Below are positions 45,914 to 48,000 of a stretch of 48,000 nt of DNA, in pieces. Origin of the DNA: Microcoleus sp. (GTDB taxonomy: Bacteria > Cyanobacteriota > Cyanobacteriia > Cyanobacteriales > Microcoleaceae); contig JAYFMW010000005.1 in the NCBI GenBank assembly GCA_042408215.1, forward strand, positions 118,880 through 166,879, read 5' to 3'. Positions within the stretch are counted from its first letter, which is position 1, and every line of letters begins with the position of its first letter. Below the pieces are notes generated by a model. It searched no databases and was not told where the DNA came from. It saw only the letters and a list, made by a program, of their open reading frames with translations. Made by a program: the position numbers and the translations under genes.

Positions 45914-46123
45914 ATGAGTACAGAAGACAGAGCGAAGGCGATCGGCAAAAATGTAGAAGGTAAGGTTCAGGAAATAGTCGGGAATATCACTGGTAGCAAA
46001 AAAGACCAGGTTGAAGGTCAAGCAAAACAAGCCGAAGCTGCCGCCCGCCACGCAGCAGAAGATGTGAAAGATGCGGTAAAAAATCTGAGTGACAAGGCTA
46101 AAAGGGCGATCGACAAATTGTAG
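45914..46123 (+). CDS. CsbD-family stress-response protein
   Basis: The pattern KAIGKNVEGKVQEIVGNITGSKKDQVEGQAKQAEA is typical of CsbD. The start is set at the ATG at 45914. Confidence 0.75.
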   Translation: MSTEDRAKAIGKNVEGKVQEIVGNITGSKKDQVEGQAKQAEAAARHAAEDVKDAVKNLSDKAKRAIDKL

Positions 46124-46274
46124 AAACCGCGCTTTACCCAATCCTGGCTAATAGAATTCGCTTCCTATCAAATCCTGTGTCATCAATTGGGTTTGATATG
46201 ATTTATTTTTGGGCTTTGCATAAAACTGGCTGACTCCTGCGACATCTCTTCAAAAGCGCAGTGGAGAAGCCCCT

Positions 46275-46997
46275 ATGATGATTAATTATACAACTGAATC
46301 GGAGAAAGCTTGGTACAAGTCTCCTGCAATTGTAGCTGCTGTAGGTGTCAGCGCGATCGCCCTTGGAGCATTCATTTACCCAGAACTCGCCAGTCAACCC
46401 ATTGTACACTACCGCGCTGACGATAATTCGCTGTCAGCAGATCGCTACACCTTACAGCGACAATTGCACTGTCAAATCAGCAGCCAACATTATAAACCGG
46501 GAGATACCGCTGTCAGCATTCCGTTTGCCGATCGCGCCGTCGTCACTAAAACCATCTCCATTGCTAACAGTTTAACCCTGATGGGGGAATGTCAACACAA
46601 CGGGCGAGCCATCACCAACAAACAACCCGGAACCTCTCTAACAGCCTTGTTAGAACGCAGTCAATCTGCCATTCAACAACAACATCAAACCAACAACAAA
46701 AATCCAGGCATCCTCACCATTGTAGCAAACGACTTTGAGCCGCGTCAAGGGGATCATGGTATAGATTTTAGTCGAGTCAAAACCCTCGTTGACGACATCG
46801 AAAAACAGGGAGTAGTTATCTCATTTATCGTGCCACAAGGGCAATTATACGAAGACTTGACTAACCAGTTGAGCGGCAAAGAGAGTGTCTGCGTTTTAGA
46901 TGAAAGCAAAGACGAAGATGCAGTAAGGCGATCGATGAATCCCTGCATTGATGCAGCCTTCACCCAAGCCAGAAAAATGACACCTAAATCAAATTAA
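46275..46997 (+). CDS. hypothetical membrane-anchored protein
   Basis: 240-aa ORF with one N-terminal TM helix (SPAIVAAVGVSAIALGAFIY). Confidence 0.6.
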   Translation: MMINYTTESEKAWYKSPAIVAAVGVSAIALGAFIYPELASQPIVHYRADDNSLSADRYTLQRQLHCQISSQHYKPGDTAVSIPFADRAVVTKTISIANSLTLMGECQHNGRAITNKQPGTSLTALLERSQSAIQQQHQTNNKNPGILTIVANDFEPRQGDHGIDFSRVKTLVDDIEKQGVVISFIVPQGQLYEDLTNQLSGKESVCVLDESKDEDAVRRSMNPCIDAAFTQARKMTPKSN

Positions 46998-47215
46998 TTG
47001 GGTTGGTAATAAGGACTTTATTCCTTCTTGTGAGGACTAAAGTCCTGACTACGAACCTAGGATTTCCTGTATCTACAACAACAGTAAAAGCAGTTCAGTT
47101 ACATCCGTTAAATCCGTTACAAAATCCGCTGCCGAACTTTTTTCCCCGAATTCTGCATAAACCTTCAACCCGTAGCGACACTATCTTATAAAGCAAAAAA
47201 ATCAAGGTGACACCA

Positions 47216-48000
47216 ATGAATTCTATCACCCATCATAACCACAATTCTGCCGCCAGCATCGTAGCATGGCAATACCTGCACCAAGAATTGACAGCCCTAC
47301 TCCCCGAACAAATCAAATCCCAAATGAGTCAGCGGGAAAAACGATACGCAGAAGGAGAAAAAGCCAAAACACGGATTAACGACTTAACCCCTTTAGCGAG
47401 GCGCAACCCCAACCCGGAAACCAAGAAAATAGTCAATATTTCGGTAGGGTTAATCAGCGCGATTACCTTCAGTGCGGGAGCGCGAATATTGACTTCCGGC
47501 TTTGGAAGTATGAGCATTCCAGCGAGTTTGTTCATCGGGGGCGCAGCGGGGGTAGTCGCGGATAAAAAAGTGATGAAAGTCATGGAGCATTCTCGCAAGA
47601 AAAGCAGCACCACGCAAGCATTGCAAGATATCCAAAAACAAAAACAGGCTCATCCCGCTAAAAATCCATTTGGCGAACTTTATTACGAATCTCAAACCGC
47701 CTTAGTGCTACAAGTCGAAGGTCAATATTTGAATAAACTACCCTTTAGCGATGTCGGGTTGGCGCTGGGATTGAGCGGCACCGAATATGCGATGTCTCTG
47801 GGGATTGTGATCGGGTTGGGATTACCGGGGGGAATTCTTTTAAATGCGATCGCAGCCAGCCTACCCGTAGTAATGTTATGGGGAGCAGCATCACTGCAAA
47901 ACGACGCCTTTGAAATGCCCGGACACGCCCGTGCCCTAATCGGACAATACGAAAGCAGCCTCCCCCAAGAAATCACCGAATTGGAGGCAAATCAGATTGC
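47216..48000 (+). CDS. hypothetical membrane protein, 3'-partial (runs off the window)
   Basis: I translated 261 codons from the ATG at 47216 without meeting a stop. It is absent from the ORF track because it has no stop within the window. Three tracked minus-strand ORFs (47329-47976) are antisense shadows of it. Confidence 0.6.
   Translation, partial: MNSITHHNHNSAASIVAWQYLHQELTALLPEQIKSQMSQREKRYAEGEKAKTRINDLTPLARRNPNPETKKIVNISVGLISAITFSAGARILTSGFGSMSIPASLFIGGAAGVVADKKVMKVMEHSRKKSSTTQALQDIQKQKQAHPAKNPFGELYYESQTALVLQVEGQYLNKLPFSDVGLALGLSGTEYAMSLGIVIGLGLPGGILLNAIAASLPVVMLWGAASLQNDAFEMPGHARALIGQYESSLPQEITELEANQI

Noticed and set aside
1-48000. tRNA, rRNA, integrase or transposase genes
   Set aside because: My visual scan found no T-arm GGTTCGAATCC-like motif, no rRNA-like stretch, and no ORF with DDE, tyrosine- or serine-recombinase motifs. 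The Rpn-family nuclease is the only mobility-associated protein. A tRNAscan or Infernal run would be the decisive check.

Overview
The window reads as chromosomal DNA from a filamentous cyanobacterium, probably Oscillatoriales-like (inference). HIP1 octamers (GCGATCGC) are frequent in the core genes. Heptanucleotide STRR-type tandem repeats fill many intergenic gaps. An AAACCCGGTTTCT palindromic repeat family is dispersed through the window. Core genes I recognise include a ClC channel, the lysA-cdaA-uppS operon, rimI, clpC, lepB, a class A PBP, tyrS, pyrF, a family-4 UDG and a PHP phosphoesterase. Between roughly 10.3 and 29.4 kb lies an accessory, recombination-scarred region with these parts: (1) a tandem array of 11 full units (96 or 95 bp) plus a partial 12th, made of terminator-like hairpins; (2) four tandem paralogs of a ~200-aa secreted protein with a PEP-CTERM-like tail, three of them (P2-P4) behind a conserved ~200-nt leader with a hairpin, followed by a frameshifted RTX-lipase gene; (3) a second, decayed copy of the same paralog-plus-lipase module at 24.0-25.1 kb; (4) a ~4.3-kb low-GC, HIP1-free cassette that appears to have replaced the 3' part of that second lipase copy. 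The cassette carries an SbnA-like and SbnB-like pair (L-2,3-diaminopropionate synthesis), an EamA exporter and an orphan formyltransferase, with no NRPS or siderophore synthetase nearby. I consider this cassette the best candidate for an undescribed small-molecule system. Other notable items are a tandem di-globin fused to a membrane anchor and pentapeptide repeats, a frameshift-split histidine-phosphatase/polytopic/EF-hand gene, a low-GC type II R-M cassette with an ATGTTTAA gene overlap, two copies of a ~320-bp MITE, and an in-frame repeat insertion in rimI. I found no tRNA, rRNA, CRISPR array or transposase/integrase gene. All GC and identity statements are visual estimates, not computations, and all family assignments come from motif recognition, not database searches.
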